Virus record (IMG/VR): IMGVR_UViG_3300045457_000125
Span: 1 to 28,199 of that record
Strand: one strand, 5' to 3'
DNA length: 28,199 bases
Source of the DNA: a virus
Lineage: Duplodnaviria > Caudoviricetes
The notes under the pieces are model-generated. The model saw nothing but the letters and a program-made list of their open reading frames with translations, was not told where the DNA came from and did not search any database. This document shows positions 8,599-18,236 of the stretch, piece after piece (within the stretch, counting starts at the first letter, position 1; every line of letters starts with the position of its first letter). A program made the translations under genes and the position numbers.

Positions 8599-10845
8599 TT
8601 AAATAAGTCTTAACATTTGAACTTTAGTCATTTTTCCCTCTACAAATCCATCTATCTTGTTCACATAAAAATATCCTTGATGCTTTCTCACATATACTGG
8701 TCTATATGAATCGAAGCCGAGAAAGTCTTGTGGAGTCAACCAGAAGAAATCTTCAATCATTTCATAGTTATTCAATGCTCGTATCAATTCAGCATAGTCA
8801 TTGTTGATTGCGTCTTGCATATTCAATTCCCTGCCAGTTCCGTTTCCAGTTGTGTTATCGAAATACGCATATGGCAAATCTGTTGAGATGGTTGTTGTCG
8901 TTCCATCATTTATATTTACTCCAGAGCCATTTGGTTTTCTGTATATATTCAATATCCTTGCTTTGTATTTTGTTTTCCAGAACTCATTTGCAAGATATGT
9001 ATCTCCCCAGACTGGCATATTCGGAATTCTGTCTCCGTTCAATCTTGTGATTAGTGGAGTAGCTGCGAATTGACAAGTCAATGCAGTTTTTCTTGCTTGT
9101 AATGATGTATCATCTATGTTGAAATATGCGTTCCCATATCCCTTTGGAACATCTGTATCCTCTGTGAATAGCATATCATTTCTTTGTGCGTAGTTGCTAT
9201 GCCATCTTATATTCGGAGTTCCTGCGTCTACTTTGTCGCTCCAATCGTATGCGTATGGAATGTTGTCATATATGTCTTTGAATGAATAGACTTTCAATGT
9301 TTGCGAATTGCTATCGGCATCATATATCAAACAGAATCGTTGAGCCATTGCTTTCATAAAGTCCTTTTGACTCATGTCTGGCATATTCTGTGAGATTCCC
9401 CAGTATCCATTGTACGGAACTGCATATCCTTGTCCATCTGGAATTCCTCTTGTGTTTTGTATCTGTATTTTCGTTTGTTGCTTTAGAATAAACCCATAGA
9501 AAGATTGATATTGAGATGGTGGAAATGCTTGATTGAGATTACTTGGATTGAATGTCCATTGGTTATTCAGCCAACTTGAATAGAAACCAGAAAAATCTTT
9601 TTGTTGTGCGCTTGAACTACGCTCAATCACCAAGCATACTCTTTCATCTTTGTATATAGTTACATCTGCTTTGTTGAAGTTTTTTGCTCCATGTGAAAAA
9701 TAGTGAACACCATATCTCCACTCTGCTAATGTTCTGTAACTATTATTTGGTGATGTTGGATTTGAACCATAGGCAACCAACTTGACTTTGCTCATGTATT
9801 GAATCGGAAACTGCAATTTGATTTCTGCAATAGGAATGCCACTAACATTTCCCATTCTTTCGAAGATTACATTTCCTTGAGCAGTTGATATTGATACGGC
9901 TATGTCTGCAATGAAATCTGCTTTTGCTACTGGACATTTGAAAGTGCCAATCGTAGTTCCTCCTCCAGCACCAGTCAACTTCCAATAGTTTCCCATTGGA
10001 TATGACATTGTCTGAACTTGGAACGCATCATCTAGGTCAGTCGTATCAAACGGAACTATGAACTCTGTTGTTGATGCTCCAGTTGTTACACCAGATGGCA
10101 TTCCAACAAATCCAGATGCGAATGGAAATCCTATCGCTGCAATGCATGATTCTTGTGCAAACGGAGCAAAGAACTCTGAAAAGATATCGTTGTTAGTTGC
10201 TCTTTGTGTTACTCTCAACCTATCAGTAGAGCCATTGTTATATGCTAACGGAATTATTGAATCTATGATGGGTTGCGTATTAAGAACATCTCCCTCTATT
10301 TTCCATCCTACTTCAGATGCAATTTTTTCCATGAGCCATCTTCCGAATACACATGGAATCATAGTCGCTGCATTGATGTCCCTGCTATTTTCTGAATAGC
10401 CAGTTGTGTCCTTTGTGCTATTTATGAATGGATAAATGTATCCAGATGTCCAATCAAATGCTCTTGAGCCGACTATATTTACTTTGTTGAAGATATGTTC
10501 AAGTGCAACCATATACAAGTCGGACAATTTTTTTCCCTCTATCAATGTGAAGAAATTTGTTGCACCAGAATAGAACACACATTTGTATTCTTTGTCCTCT
10601 GTATTTACAACCAACCATCCATCTGTTGATGCGCCATATTGTTCTAATCTTGCTTTGAGTCGTGCGTGTTTATTTGTTAGCAGTTGCGAATTTGTTGCAG
10701 TTCTTGGAAGGGAGAATTGATTTGAATAGTCTGCTTGTCTGTCTTTCAATTCAGCGATGTCATTGACTTGTCTTGATAGTGTGATGATAGTATCCTGCTT
10801 CAAGTCAAGAGGAATTCCATCAACATATAAATTCAACGGCTTCAT
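8599..10845 (-). CDS. Tail tip/hub protein
   Basis: 748 aa. N-terminal LYVDG..LDL...ITLSRQVNDIAEL.DR...YSNQFSLPRT..N, plus MPDMSQKDF and a C-terminal YFYVNKI, resemble Bacteroidota phage tail tip proteins. The centre is beta-rich. Confidence 0.7.
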   Translation of the reverse strand: MKPLNLYVDGIPLDLKQDTIITLSRQVNDIAELKDRQADYSNQFSLPRTATNSQLLTNKHARLKARLEQYGASTDGWLVVNTEDKEYKCVFYSGATNFFTLIEGKKLSDLYMVALEHIFNKVNIVGSRAFDWTSGYIYPFINSTKDTTGYSENSRDINAATMIPCVFGRWLMEKIASEVGWKIEGDVLNTQPIIDSIIPLAYNNGSTDRLRVTQRATNNDIFSEFFAPFAQESCIAAIGFPFASGFVGMPSGVTTGASTTEFIVPFDTTDLDDAFQVQTMSYPMGNYWKLTGAGGGTTIGTFKCPVAKADFIADIAVSISTAQGNVIFERMGNVSGIPIAEIKLQFPIQYMSKVKLVAYGSNPTSPNNSYRTLAEWRYGVHYFSHGAKNFNKADVTIYKDERVCLVIERSSSAQQKDFSGFYSSWLNNQWTFNPSNLNQAFPPSQYQSFYGFILKQQTKIQIQNTRGIPDGQGYAVPYNGYWGISQNMPDMSQKDFMKAMAQRFCLIYDADSNSQTLKVYSFKDIYDNIPYAYDWSDKVDAGTPNIRWHSNYAQRNDMLFTEDTDVPKGYGNAYFNIDDTSLQARKTALTCQFAATPLITRLNGDRIPNMPVWGDTYLANEFWKTKYKARILNIYRKPNGSGVNINDGTTTTISTDLPYAYFDNTTGNGTGRELNMQDAINNDYAELIRALNNYEMIEDFFWLTPQDFLGFDSYRPVYVRKHQGYFYVNKIDGFVEGKMTKVQMLRLI

Positions 10846-12824
10846 AGGATATGTACATAGTTTTCTACTAATTCAATAGTCATTTCAATCTCATGCATTC
10901 CGTTTCCAGTTTCATAGTATTTAAATGAGCCTTCTTTTATGTTTATCGTTTGCCAGATGTGTCCTGCCTTTCCATCAAATTTAATCCACATCTGTACGAA
11001 ATTTGATACAGATAATCCTATCAATCCTTTGATATCATTCAAGTCTAGGAATTGCGCTCCAACTACCATTGTCGGCTTGTCTGATTTTGTTAGAACAGAT
11101 TGTTTTGTATCTGTGTCAAGACCTATGAAATATGGCTCGTATTTTTGTACTTCTCCAACAACACTTCCGATTGTCTGCGTCTTGCTGAATAACCAATAGT
11201 TCATCGCTCCTTTGCGACCTTTCCATGCAACATAGACTGGATTCTCTTTGCACTTGTTATCAAGTTTGACATTCATTGTCTGCATTATCTTCCCAGTCTG
11301 CAAGGGAGGAGGATTCGTAATGTTATCTTCTACATAGCCAGTATCCACATACAATTCATCCACATAAAGATTGTCATTTAATGCATTCGCTTCAATCCAT
11401 ACATCAATGCTTGTATCTGAATCTGCGTATGTGCTTTTGAGAATAAGTCTGTGTTCTCCTTTTGTGTAGTCTACAAGTTTGAATGTATTTATCCCTTGAG
11501 GAATGTTGTTGAAATTCTTTATCTGCTCTTTGCTTGATGCTGCTCCTCCTTTCATGCTTTCATGCATGATGAAACCAATGTCAAATGGATATCCTTTGAA
11601 CTTTGTGGGTCTCTCAAAGTCGCTTATGAATTTGCCTCTGTTTACATCTGCTGGAATAGTAGCATACACACAAAGATGCTCAAGCATATTTGTATCATAC
11701 TTGCTTTGTATCTGCCTGACAGAATTTGTTGCATAGTACAACTTCGGCTCAATATATACTGGACTGACATATGATTCTACTGAACACTTCCAGATTGCTC
11801 CTTGTGTATTGCTTGTGAACCTTAATTCAAATTCTTCATTGTTAGTTATAGGAGTCCAAAAGAATGTCTGAACTCCACTTGTGGTTGTAGTGTATATCGC
11901 AGGACCACCAAGAGATGGCTCAACAACAAATGAAAAAGCCGAACCAACATTTATTGGTTCTACTCTGACTCCAATCGTTACCAGATATGTAACTCCTCCG
12001 AGCAAAGGTGGATTAGTGATGAATGTCGGAACTGCAACTCCACCACTAGGGTCGCCAGTAGTAATAAGTTCAAATCCATTTACTCCAGTTGGATTGGTAG
12101 TCATTAGTGCTAAATTCCATCCAGCAGAATTTCCAGTAGAAAAATCATTGTTGAAAATGAATTGACCAAATGTTCCTCCAGATACACTTCCTCCATCTAT
12201 TGAAACGAATGTTGGAATGTATGGCTGACCAACATATCTTTCTCGCACTTCCAGTCTGTATTCTGTCCATGCATATCTGTCATTCCAATTCGTAGATGAA
12301 TATGTATTCTTGTTTTTCTTTTTCAATTCACGCATCGCATATCCATGTGGTAGAGCATATCCTACTCCACTCAAATCTGGATAAACTGGGAATGGCTCAT
12401 GTGTTGTCTCTACATTGGAAACACTATTGATTGTAATGACACGGAACTCCATGAAGTACCCTTTGAAGTATGTCATGTTATTGACATATCCAAGATTTGT
12501 CAATCCAGCGAATGTCAGATTTGTTAATACTCTAGTCTTTCCTTGACCAGTATAGTTCACATTCAGTTGAGAGATTTCTGTTACTTGATTGTAAAGAGGA
12601 ACATATATTGAATCTCCAACACTCCATCCTATTGATGCGCTATCAAGAATTTCAAATGCAAGTTTATTTGGAGTAACACTTGTATCTGCGAACGCATTAA
12701 CCACATTCGCATCCTTGCGTTGAAATTTGAAGTATGTTGAATTGTGAACACTATTCCAACTGCTGTCTTGTGTTGTTGGTGCTTGTGTTGTTGGAGTTCT
12801 AGGAGTAGCTAGTATTTGAATCAT
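10842..12824 (-). CDS. Distal-tail-like structural protein with internal beta-sandwich insert
   Basis: 660 aa. C-terminal VYVAWKGRKGAMNYWLF domain and an internal NNDFSTG..AGW segment resembling a carbohydrate-binding module start. Confidence 0.6.
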   Translation of the reverse strand: MIQILATPRTPTTQAPTTQDSSWNSVHNSTYFKFQRKDANVVNAFADTSVTPNKLAFEILDSASIGWSVGDSIYVPLYNQVTEISQLNVNYTGQGKTRVLTNLTFAGLTNLGYVNNMTYFKGYFMEFRVITINSVSNVETTHEPFPVYPDLSGVGYALPHGYAMRELKKKNKNTYSSTNWNDRYAWTEYRLEVRERYVGQPYIPTFVSIDGGSVSGGTFGQFIFNNDFSTGNSAGWNLALMTTNPTGVNGFELITTGDPSGGVAVPTFITNPPLLGGVTYLVTIGVRVEPINVGSAFSFVVEPSLGGPAIYTTTTSGVQTFFWTPITNNEEFELRFTSNTQGAIWKCSVESYVSPVYIEPKLYYATNSVRQIQSKYDTNMLEHLCVYATIPADVNRGKFISDFERPTKFKGYPFDIGFIMHESMKGGAASSKEQIKNFNNIPQGINTFKLVDYTKGEHRLILKSTYADSDTSIDVWIEANALNDNLYVDELYVDTGYVEDNITNPPPLQTGKIMQTMNVKLDNKCKENPVYVAWKGRKGAMNYWLFSKTQTIGSVVGEVQKYEPYFIGLDTDTKQSVLTKSDKPTMVVGAQFLDLNDIKGLIGLSVSNFVQMWIKFDGKAGHIWQTINIKEGSFKYYETGNGMHEIEMTIELVENYVHIL

Positions 12825-13306
12825 TTTGTTATATCTTTTGTTATTCTCTCAATCTCCGATGTTGCTTGAGCCGATTGAAATTTAGCAAGTGTCTTGAGCA
12901 ATAATGTTATGCTCTCTCTGTTTATCACATCAGAATATATTTTGCGTTCGGATTTCTTATGCCACGAAACTCCTTGTCTGTGTATCTTCCGTGCAATCAC
13001 ATATGCCATTGACTCTTTCGTGTATCCATCCCAGACTGCAACTGGCTTCACTTTAATCCACTCAAGTATTCTCTCTCTTAATGTTGGAACACTTGCTTCT
13101 TGAGACTTGGTTGCTCCACGACCTTGTTCAAAATACTGAACATAGTCTACTGCAAAGATTTTCATTCCCAATGGGTCGGTCTGATATCTGAATCCTTGCT
13201 CCATGTTTCCAGATGCTTTGTATTTTCTTGCATTGGATTTCATTTTGTCAACAGATTCCCTGCCGAATTTCTGCAAAGTCAATTCTGTTATTTTGAGTAG
13301 AGCCAT
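12821..13306 (-). CDS. Tail completion/neck protein (HK97 gp10-like)
   Basis: 161 aa, basic. ASGNM..., YVQYFEQGR, ILEWIKVK and AYVIARKIHRQG motifs. Confidence 0.65.
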   Translation of the reverse strand: MALLKITELTLQKFGRESVDKMKSNARKYKASGNMEQGFRYQTDPLGMKIFAVDYVQYFEQGRGATKSQEASVPTLRERILEWIKVKPVAVWDGYTKESMAYVIARKIHRQGVSWHKKSERKIYSDVINRESITLLLKTLAKFQSAQATSEIERITKDITK

Positions 13307-13310
13307 GTTT

Positions 13311-13781
13311 CTAGCACAATGGTTGTGGTTCGTATATTACTATGTCAAATTTCAACATCCATCCACACAGATTTTCATCAAAGATGTGGTAGTTCGGCTC
13401 TCTGTTTATGTTGTCAAGCATCTTCACATCATTGTGAATAGAAAGTTTCTTGATGAATGAACCAGTCAACAGATGCATATCATACAAATGTGCTTCAATC
13501 TCCTCTTGTGTTGACCTCATTGGACACAATGTTAGAAAGTCCATCACGCATTCGTATGTGCTTTCTATGATTGCATACTTATTTGTATCACGGATGTTGA
13601 CTGGATACAGATATGCTCTGGGAAATTTCTTTTCTGATTCGTAGATTCCTCTCCTTGTCTGAAGATTTGCATACGAACGCAATCCGTGTCCGAATGGAAT
13701 TGTCAACTCACCACATACTTCTCTCAATATGTTGAGCAGTTTCATTTGTGGCTGAACTGGTATGTCGTTTCTTGCACTCAT
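13311..13781 (-). CDS. Putative tail terminator protein
   Basis: 156 aa next to the gp10-like gene. FPxAYLYP and a C-terminal GWxLxFxI strand fit this family. The assignment is partly positional. Confidence 0.5.
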   Translation of the reverse strand: MSARNDIPVQPQMKLLNILREVCGELTIPFGHGLRSYANLQTRRGIYESEKKFPRAYLYPVNIRDTNKYAIIESTYECVMDFLTLCPMRSTQEEIEAHLYDMHLLTGSFIKKLSIHNDVKMLDNINREPNYHIFDENLCGWMLKFDIVIYEPQPLC

Positions 13782-13783
13782 TG

Positions 13784-14071
13784 TTATCTGTATCTGCGTG
13801 ATTTACTTTCTGCTTCCCTTATTGCATTCGATTGTATTCGCCTATTGAACATCGCTTGTTCTTTGTTCATCAACAACTTTATGTATATGGTATTGTATTC
13901 GATATAAAGCACAGAATCATACTTCAGCACATCACCATTAGCAAGTGCATCTATTAGATTCATGACTCCGAACTTATCAAAGTTCTTAATTCCTGCCGAA
14001 ACCTGCTCCGAAGTTGGTTGCGTAGATAGACTTTCTGACTCCACTTTAATGATGGCAGACAACTGCTCAAA
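13784..14071 (-). CDS. -1 frame extension of the tail chaperone (T-like segment)
   Basis: 95 codons (FEQLSAIIK...FGVMNLIDALANGDVLKYD...RYR) entered at the T9 run. No start codon lies near the beginning of this segment. Confidence 0.7.
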   Translation of the reverse strand, partial: FEQLSAIIKVESESLSTQPTSEQVSAGIKNFDKFGVMNLIDALANGDVLKYDSVLYIEYNTIYIKLLMNKEQAMFNRRIQSNAIREAESKSRRYR

Positions 14072-14616
14072 AAAAAAGTTCCGATTGGAAGCGCATCTGT
14101 GATTTTCATTCGCATGATTGTGGGAATGAATGCTCGTATCTTCTCTTCTGTATATTCTTTGTCTCCAGTTGCAGTTGAATACAGATACACGGATAACAAA
14201 TACGGAATCGGAGCATATGTGTTCATCTTGCCCTCTATCATCGCATTGATTTCTTGTTGAGCCATCACTTTCTGTCCCCATGATTCTTTCTTCAAGTCAG
14301 TCGGAACTTTGCACCAAGTATCATTGATATAAACTTCATTCGGCATCTTCCACTTTGAGAAGTCTGGAGGCGATTGTGTGAAGAAATACAATTTAGAAAT
14401 CACTCCCTCTATTGCTTGTTCTGGTATATTGTAGCAATACTCCCTGCTGAATCCAGTTACTATTGACATCATTTCAATAGCATCCATCTTCTTTGTCTCT
14501 ATGATGCGAATGAATTGCTCTAATGTCAAATCTTCCCACATCGCAGGGATTTCAATTTCCTGCTCATTGATTACCTCTCCGTTCTGCTTGTGTCTCTTAA
14601 CCTTTGCCGTGTGCAT
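13960..14616 (-). CDS. Putative tail assembly chaperone (G-like), zero-frame product
   Basis: 218 aa with two similar IP..WEDLTLEQ / VP.DLK.ESWGQ modules. It contains the slippery ACT TTT TTT TTG near its 3' end. Confidence 0.65.
   Translation of the reverse strand: MHTAKVKRHKQNGEVINEQEIEIPAMWEDLTLEQFIRIIETKKMDAIEMMSIVTGFSREYCYNIPEQAIEGVISKLYFFTQSPPDFSKWKMPNEVYINDTWCKVPTDLKKESWGQKVMAQQEINAMIEGKMNTYAPIPYLLSVYLYSTATGDKEYTEEKIRAFIPTIMRMKITDALPIGTFFLSSCLPSLKWSQKVYLRNQLRSRFRQELRTLISSES
14069..14077 (-). other. Slippery sequence (U9, contains U UUU UUU)
   Basis: A9 on the plus strand at 14069-14077, inside the overlap of two ORFs related by a -1 shift. Confidence 0.75.
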
Positions 14617-14788
14617 CTTTCAACTTTTCTTGTATGTGTTTATTCATTTGAAGTCTACGCAATGCAAGATGCCGACGCAATCTCTTTGAGTTGTCTCCTC
14701 CGACTGGCTTCTTCTTTTTGAATAAAGAGCCGAGTCCGATGCGTTCGCATATTTTTTGAAACTTGTTCATCGAATCAAATATAATCAT
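14597..14788 (-). CDS. Small basic hypothetical protein
   Basis: 63 aa, K/R-rich, overlapping both neighbours. Confidence 0.55.
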   Translation of the reverse strand: MIIFDSMNKFQKICERIGLGSLFKKKKPVGGDNSKRLRRHLALRRLQMNKHIQEKLKDAHGKG

Positions 14789-15069
14789 TTGAGAAGTCCA
14801 TCTGTATCAATGACTCCAATAAATTCAATTCGTGTATGACAACTCCACATGAGTTCGCCAGTAAATAACTGCACGATGTACCAATTTTCTAGATTGACTT
14901 CTTCATATGTGAATCGTGTATCTTGAACAAGCAACCATTCTTCTTTTGTCAGTACAGAATCATCTATATCTGGAAGTCTCCAATAGTTTGAATATACTGC
15001 TATGACCATTCCTTCCTGCTCTGGATTGTTATGACTGCGAACACAATCTCCTGCCTTGAGCATTGTCAT
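14785..15069 (-). CDS. Hypothetical protein (SH3-like beta pattern)
   Basis: 94 aa, coupled to TerL by an ATGA overlap. Starts LKAGDCVRS...EGMVIAV. Confidence 0.6.
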   Translation of the reverse strand: MTMLKAGDCVRSHNNPEQEGMVIAVYSNYWRLPDIDDSVLTKEEWLLVQDTRFTYEEVNLENWYIVQLFTGELMWSCHTRIEFIGVIDTDGLLK

Positions 15070-16229
15070 ATTAGTGTGGTCTTTGGTGCTTTGATTCTAT
15101 TATCCAACACAAGATGATACATAGCATATCTCATTGCATCCATCAAGTGGTCATTCACTTTGACTGGTTCATCTATTGGCTTATCGCTTGAATCTACTTT
15201 CCATTTGTAGTTGCGAATCTCTTTCACAAGTTCTGTTCCGTATGCATATATGCGAACGGATTTGCATTTGTCTATTCCGACTTTGACTTCTTTCTTCGCT
15301 GGTTTCACATTGAATCCCGCTCTGTTAAGTTCTGCGATTCTGTCTGGCTCTGCACTATCAGCATATATAGTTGAGCGCATCGGAACTAGTTGCTTAATTA
15401 ATTCAATCAAATCATTGTTGGTGAGATGTGATTGATATATGACTTGCTCTACATACATTCCTGCATCTATGCGAACGCATTTAGCCAATGCAGTCGGATT
15501 GTTGAATCCAAAGTCTAATCCGTATGCAGTTTCTCCTTGTATGTTTTTTTTATCTGTCTCTTCCCAATTCGTGTAGATTGTCGCTCCACTAACTCCTCGC
15601 TCACCTAGTCCGTAGATTTTCCAATAGTTGACATCCTCAATCTGTAATCTTTCAATCTCTTGTATTTGTGTTGTGTTTAGATATGGATTGTCTCTGTATG
15701 TAGTCCGATAGAAACATGAATCCTCCCTTGTAATTACATTATCGTATATCCAATGATATTCTTCCGATGGATTGTAATCAAGAATCACCTTATCTGTTGT
15801 TCGCAGTAACAACTGGCGAAAGTCCTCATAGGTTAATTCATTAGCTTCATTGATGAATAGAATATCCCTCTTGCGACCTCTGACTTTCTGTGGTTGGTCA
15901 AGACTGATAAACTCAAATGTGGTTTCGTGTAAATAGTATTCTCCGACTGACTTGTTATGAGAATCCTCTGCATACATCCCAATGCTTTCAAGTATTGAGA
16001 TGAAGTCTCGCATCGCAGTTGCTTTCAATGCTGGTAGTGTCTTGCGACAGATTGTAACTATGCGACCTTGCATCCCTGCGATATGCGAACGCATAGCAGT
16101 CTCAATCAAGAACTGGAGAATTGAATAAGTCTTTCCACTTCGTGTCCCTCCTTGATTGACTGCTATGCGCTTTCCACTTGGAAGAAAGTTCGTAGTGATA
16201 TCATAGTATGTACGACTATGCTTGTGCAT
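15066..16229 (-). CDS. terL: Terminase large subunit (PBSX/SPP1-like)
   Basis: Walker A QGGTRSGKT, Walker B ILFINEANE, coupling motif LDYNP, nuclease motifs GLDFGF and DHLMDAMRY. Probable start ATG 16229. Confidence 0.95.
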   Translation of the reverse strand: MHKHSRTYYDITTNFLPSGKRIAVNQGGTRSGKTYSILQFLIETAMRSHIAGMQGRIVTICRKTLPALKATAMRDFISILESIGMYAEDSHNKSVGEYYLHETTFEFISLDQPQKVRGRKRDILFINEANELTYEDFRQLLLRTTDKVILDYNPSEEYHWIYDNVITREDSCFYRTTYRDNPYLNTTQIQEIERLQIEDVNYWKIYGLGERGVSGATIYTNWEETDKKNIQGETAYGLDFGFNNPTALAKCVRIDAGMYVEQVIYQSHLTNNDLIELIKQLVPMRSTIYADSAEPDRIAELNRAGFNVKPAKKEVKVGIDKCKSVRIYAYGTELVKEIRNYKWKVDSSDKPIDEPVKVNDHLMDAMRYAMYHLVLDNRIKAPKTTLI

Positions 16230-16665
16230 TATTTTTATTCGCAAATAATTCTCCCCAATCGAATGACCGAAGTTCCTTTCCATCTGCTCCAGTCAACTCT
16301 GTGCGCTCAACATATCCTCGCTTCTTTCCTTTTGTCTTTAGAAAAAAGATTGTCGCAATAGTGTCTCCCTCTTTTATTCGCTTATGCAGATGCGCCTCTA
16401 CAAAGTCAATCACAAGTTCTTCCAATTCTTTGACTGCTTCCTTGTATTGATTGTCATCTCGCATCCAATCATAGTGAGTTCTTCTATGTATGCCGACAAC
16501 ATTACAAGCAGTCGTTACATTATTCAATGTGCGAACCAATGTATTAAGCATTGCTCTTTTTTTTGGATGTGTGAAATGTGCGTACGCATCTTCCTCAATC
16601 CGTATCTCCAATGCCTCTTCTGGATTTGCGTTCGCACTTTCTATATCAGTTTTCTTCTTTGCCAT
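16216..16665 (-). CDS. terS: Terminase small subunit
   Basis: HTH NVTTACNVVGIHRRTHYDW, then ATIFFLKTKGKKRGYVER and ELTGADG. Lies immediately upstream of TerL. Confidence 0.85.
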   Translation of the reverse strand: MAKKKTDIESANANPEEALEIRIEEDAYAHFTHPKKRAMLNTLVRTLNNVTTACNVVGIHRRTHYDWMRDDNQYKEAVKELEELVIDFVEAHLHKRIKEGDTIATIFFLKTKGKKRGYVERTELTGADGKELRSFDWGELFANKNNAQA

Positions 16666-17692
16666 TCTTATTGAACCATTGAATTGCTATCTGATTTGCT
16701 ATCTGTGCAGTCATTACTGGTGGAACACTCATTCCGATTAGATACTTTGCTTCTACATTTTTGAATTTGTAGTCTTGTGGGAATGAACCTATATGACAAA
16801 AATCTTCTTTGCTTGCCTCTACGAATTTATCATGATAGATATATTCATTTCCACTGACTATTGTAGGCGCATATGCATTCTTCGATAGTAACACTCTTCC
16901 AAAAGATTTCTTCTTTCCTTCTTCTCTAAAGCATATATCACTATAATCTTTATCTGTTGGCTTTCTTTTTAACCAATCAGAATACAGCTTTCCGTTTTTT
17001 GGTAGTTCTTGATTGCTATTTAGGAAACTCATATTGATTGCTGGTTCATTGAATATAAGTTTCAATGGTTTGTAATTTAGTTCCTTTTTATATCCGATAA
17101 AAAACACTCTCTCTCTTTTTTGCGGAACTCCCATTGATGCAGCATTGAGACAAAATACTTGAACAACATAACCTGCATCAGTCATTTTCTGAACTATCTT
17201 CTTTGAATAGAACTTTGCGTTGCCTGCAATAATCCCCTTTACATTCTCAAGTATGAATACTTTTGGCTTCAGCTTTATTATTGTATCACAATAAACAAAT
17301 ACTAAATCATCAAGTGTTTGTACTGATTGTCCCTCTCTGAATTTCTTTTTCTTTCCCCAAGCATCTTCTCTACTTCCAGCCATTGAAAAAGTTGAACAAG
17401 GTGGCGAACCATCAAGAATGTCCAACGAATACAATTCATCAGGTAAATCCGTTCGCATATTGAATTTCCTTATGTCTTCGTGATATAGATATTTCGGTTT
17501 GTGATTCTCTTGATAGACTTCAACAATTTCTTTATCTATCTCAACACCTCCTAGATGTTCATATCCTGCAAGTTTGTAACCCATTGTTGAACCACCACCA
17601 CAGATAAATGTTCCAAAGACTTTTAATCCGTTCGTGTTTTTCGGATAGCCGTTTGACAGATTCCACTTGTACGGATATAGATGCTTATTCAT
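16646..17692 (-). CDS. DNA (cytosine-5)-methyltransferase, orphan
   Basis: Motif I FICGGG, catalytic GSPPC, ENV, QKRERVF and motif X IGMSVPP. Confidence 0.93.
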   Translation of the reverse strand: MNKHLYPYKWNLSNGYPKNTNGLKVFGTFICGGGSTMGYKLAGYEHLGGVEIDKEIVEVYQENHKPKYLYHEDIRKFNMRTDLPDELYSLDILDGSPPCSTFSMAGSREDAWGKKKKFREGQSVQTLDDLVFVYCDTIIKLKPKVFILENVKGIIAGNAKFYSKKIVQKMTDAGYVVQVFCLNAASMGVPQKRERVFFIGYKKELNYKPLKLIFNEPAINMSFLNSNQELPKNGKLYSDWLKRKPTDKDYSDICFREEGKKKSFGRVLLSKNAYAPTIVSGNEYIYHDKFVEASKEDFCHIGSFPQDYKFKNVEAKYLIGMSVPPVMTAQIANQIAIQWFNKNGKEEN

Positions 17693-18233
17693 TGCCTAAT
17701 AGTTTCCATACAGCTTGTTCGGGAGTTGATGCAATCTTGCTTAATTGCTCACGAACTAGATGGTATTCTTCTTCTGTATATTTCAACTTGATTTCCATTG
17801 TATCTGCAAATTCAGATACATCTATTTCTTCATTCTTATCTCCATATTCTACAGATTCAAATTTAGGTACAATCAATCCCCATTCAGATAGGTCTGCTGA
17901 ATCCCATTCGTTCGCTAACATATCCCAATCCCATTCTCCTTTGCTCACATTGTCCTTGATGATGAACTCTCGCTTTTGCTCTTCTGTTGCATCTGTGATT
18001 CTAACAATATAAACATCTGTATATCCCAGTTCCAATGCTGCTTTGTATCGCATATTTCCACCAAGTATGATTCCATCTTCATCTACTATGATAGGTCTTG
18101 CTTCCATCATCTTCGGGAAATTGCGAACGGATGCAACTAGTTCTTTGAACTCTTTCTCCTTTATGTATCTAGGATTGCTTGTGTTTCCTTGTATCTGTGA
18201 TACAGAAACTTTTTCGACTGGATGTATTTTCAT
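17685..18233 (-). CDS. ParB/Srx N-terminal-domain protein
   Basis: NPRYI, RPIIVDEDGIILGGNMRYKA, IIKDN and GEWDWDMLANEW. The position upstream of the MTase and terminase is typical. Confidence 0.85.
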   Translation of the reverse strand: MKIHPVEKVSVSQIQGNTSNPRYIKEKEFKELVASVRNFPKMMEARPIIVDEDGIILGGNMRYKAALELGYTDVYIVRITDATEEQKREFIIKDNVSKGEWDWDMLANEWDSADLSEWGLIVPKFESVEYGDKNEEIDVSEFADTMEIKLKYTEEEYHLVREQLSKIASTPEQAVWKLLGNE

Positions 18234-18236
18234 GGC

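Noticed and set aside
14078-14281. 5' part of the 165-aa ORF 13784..14281 as an independent gene start
   Set aside because: It lies wholly inside the chaperone gene in another frame and looks non-protein-like. The 3' part is better explained by frameshifting.
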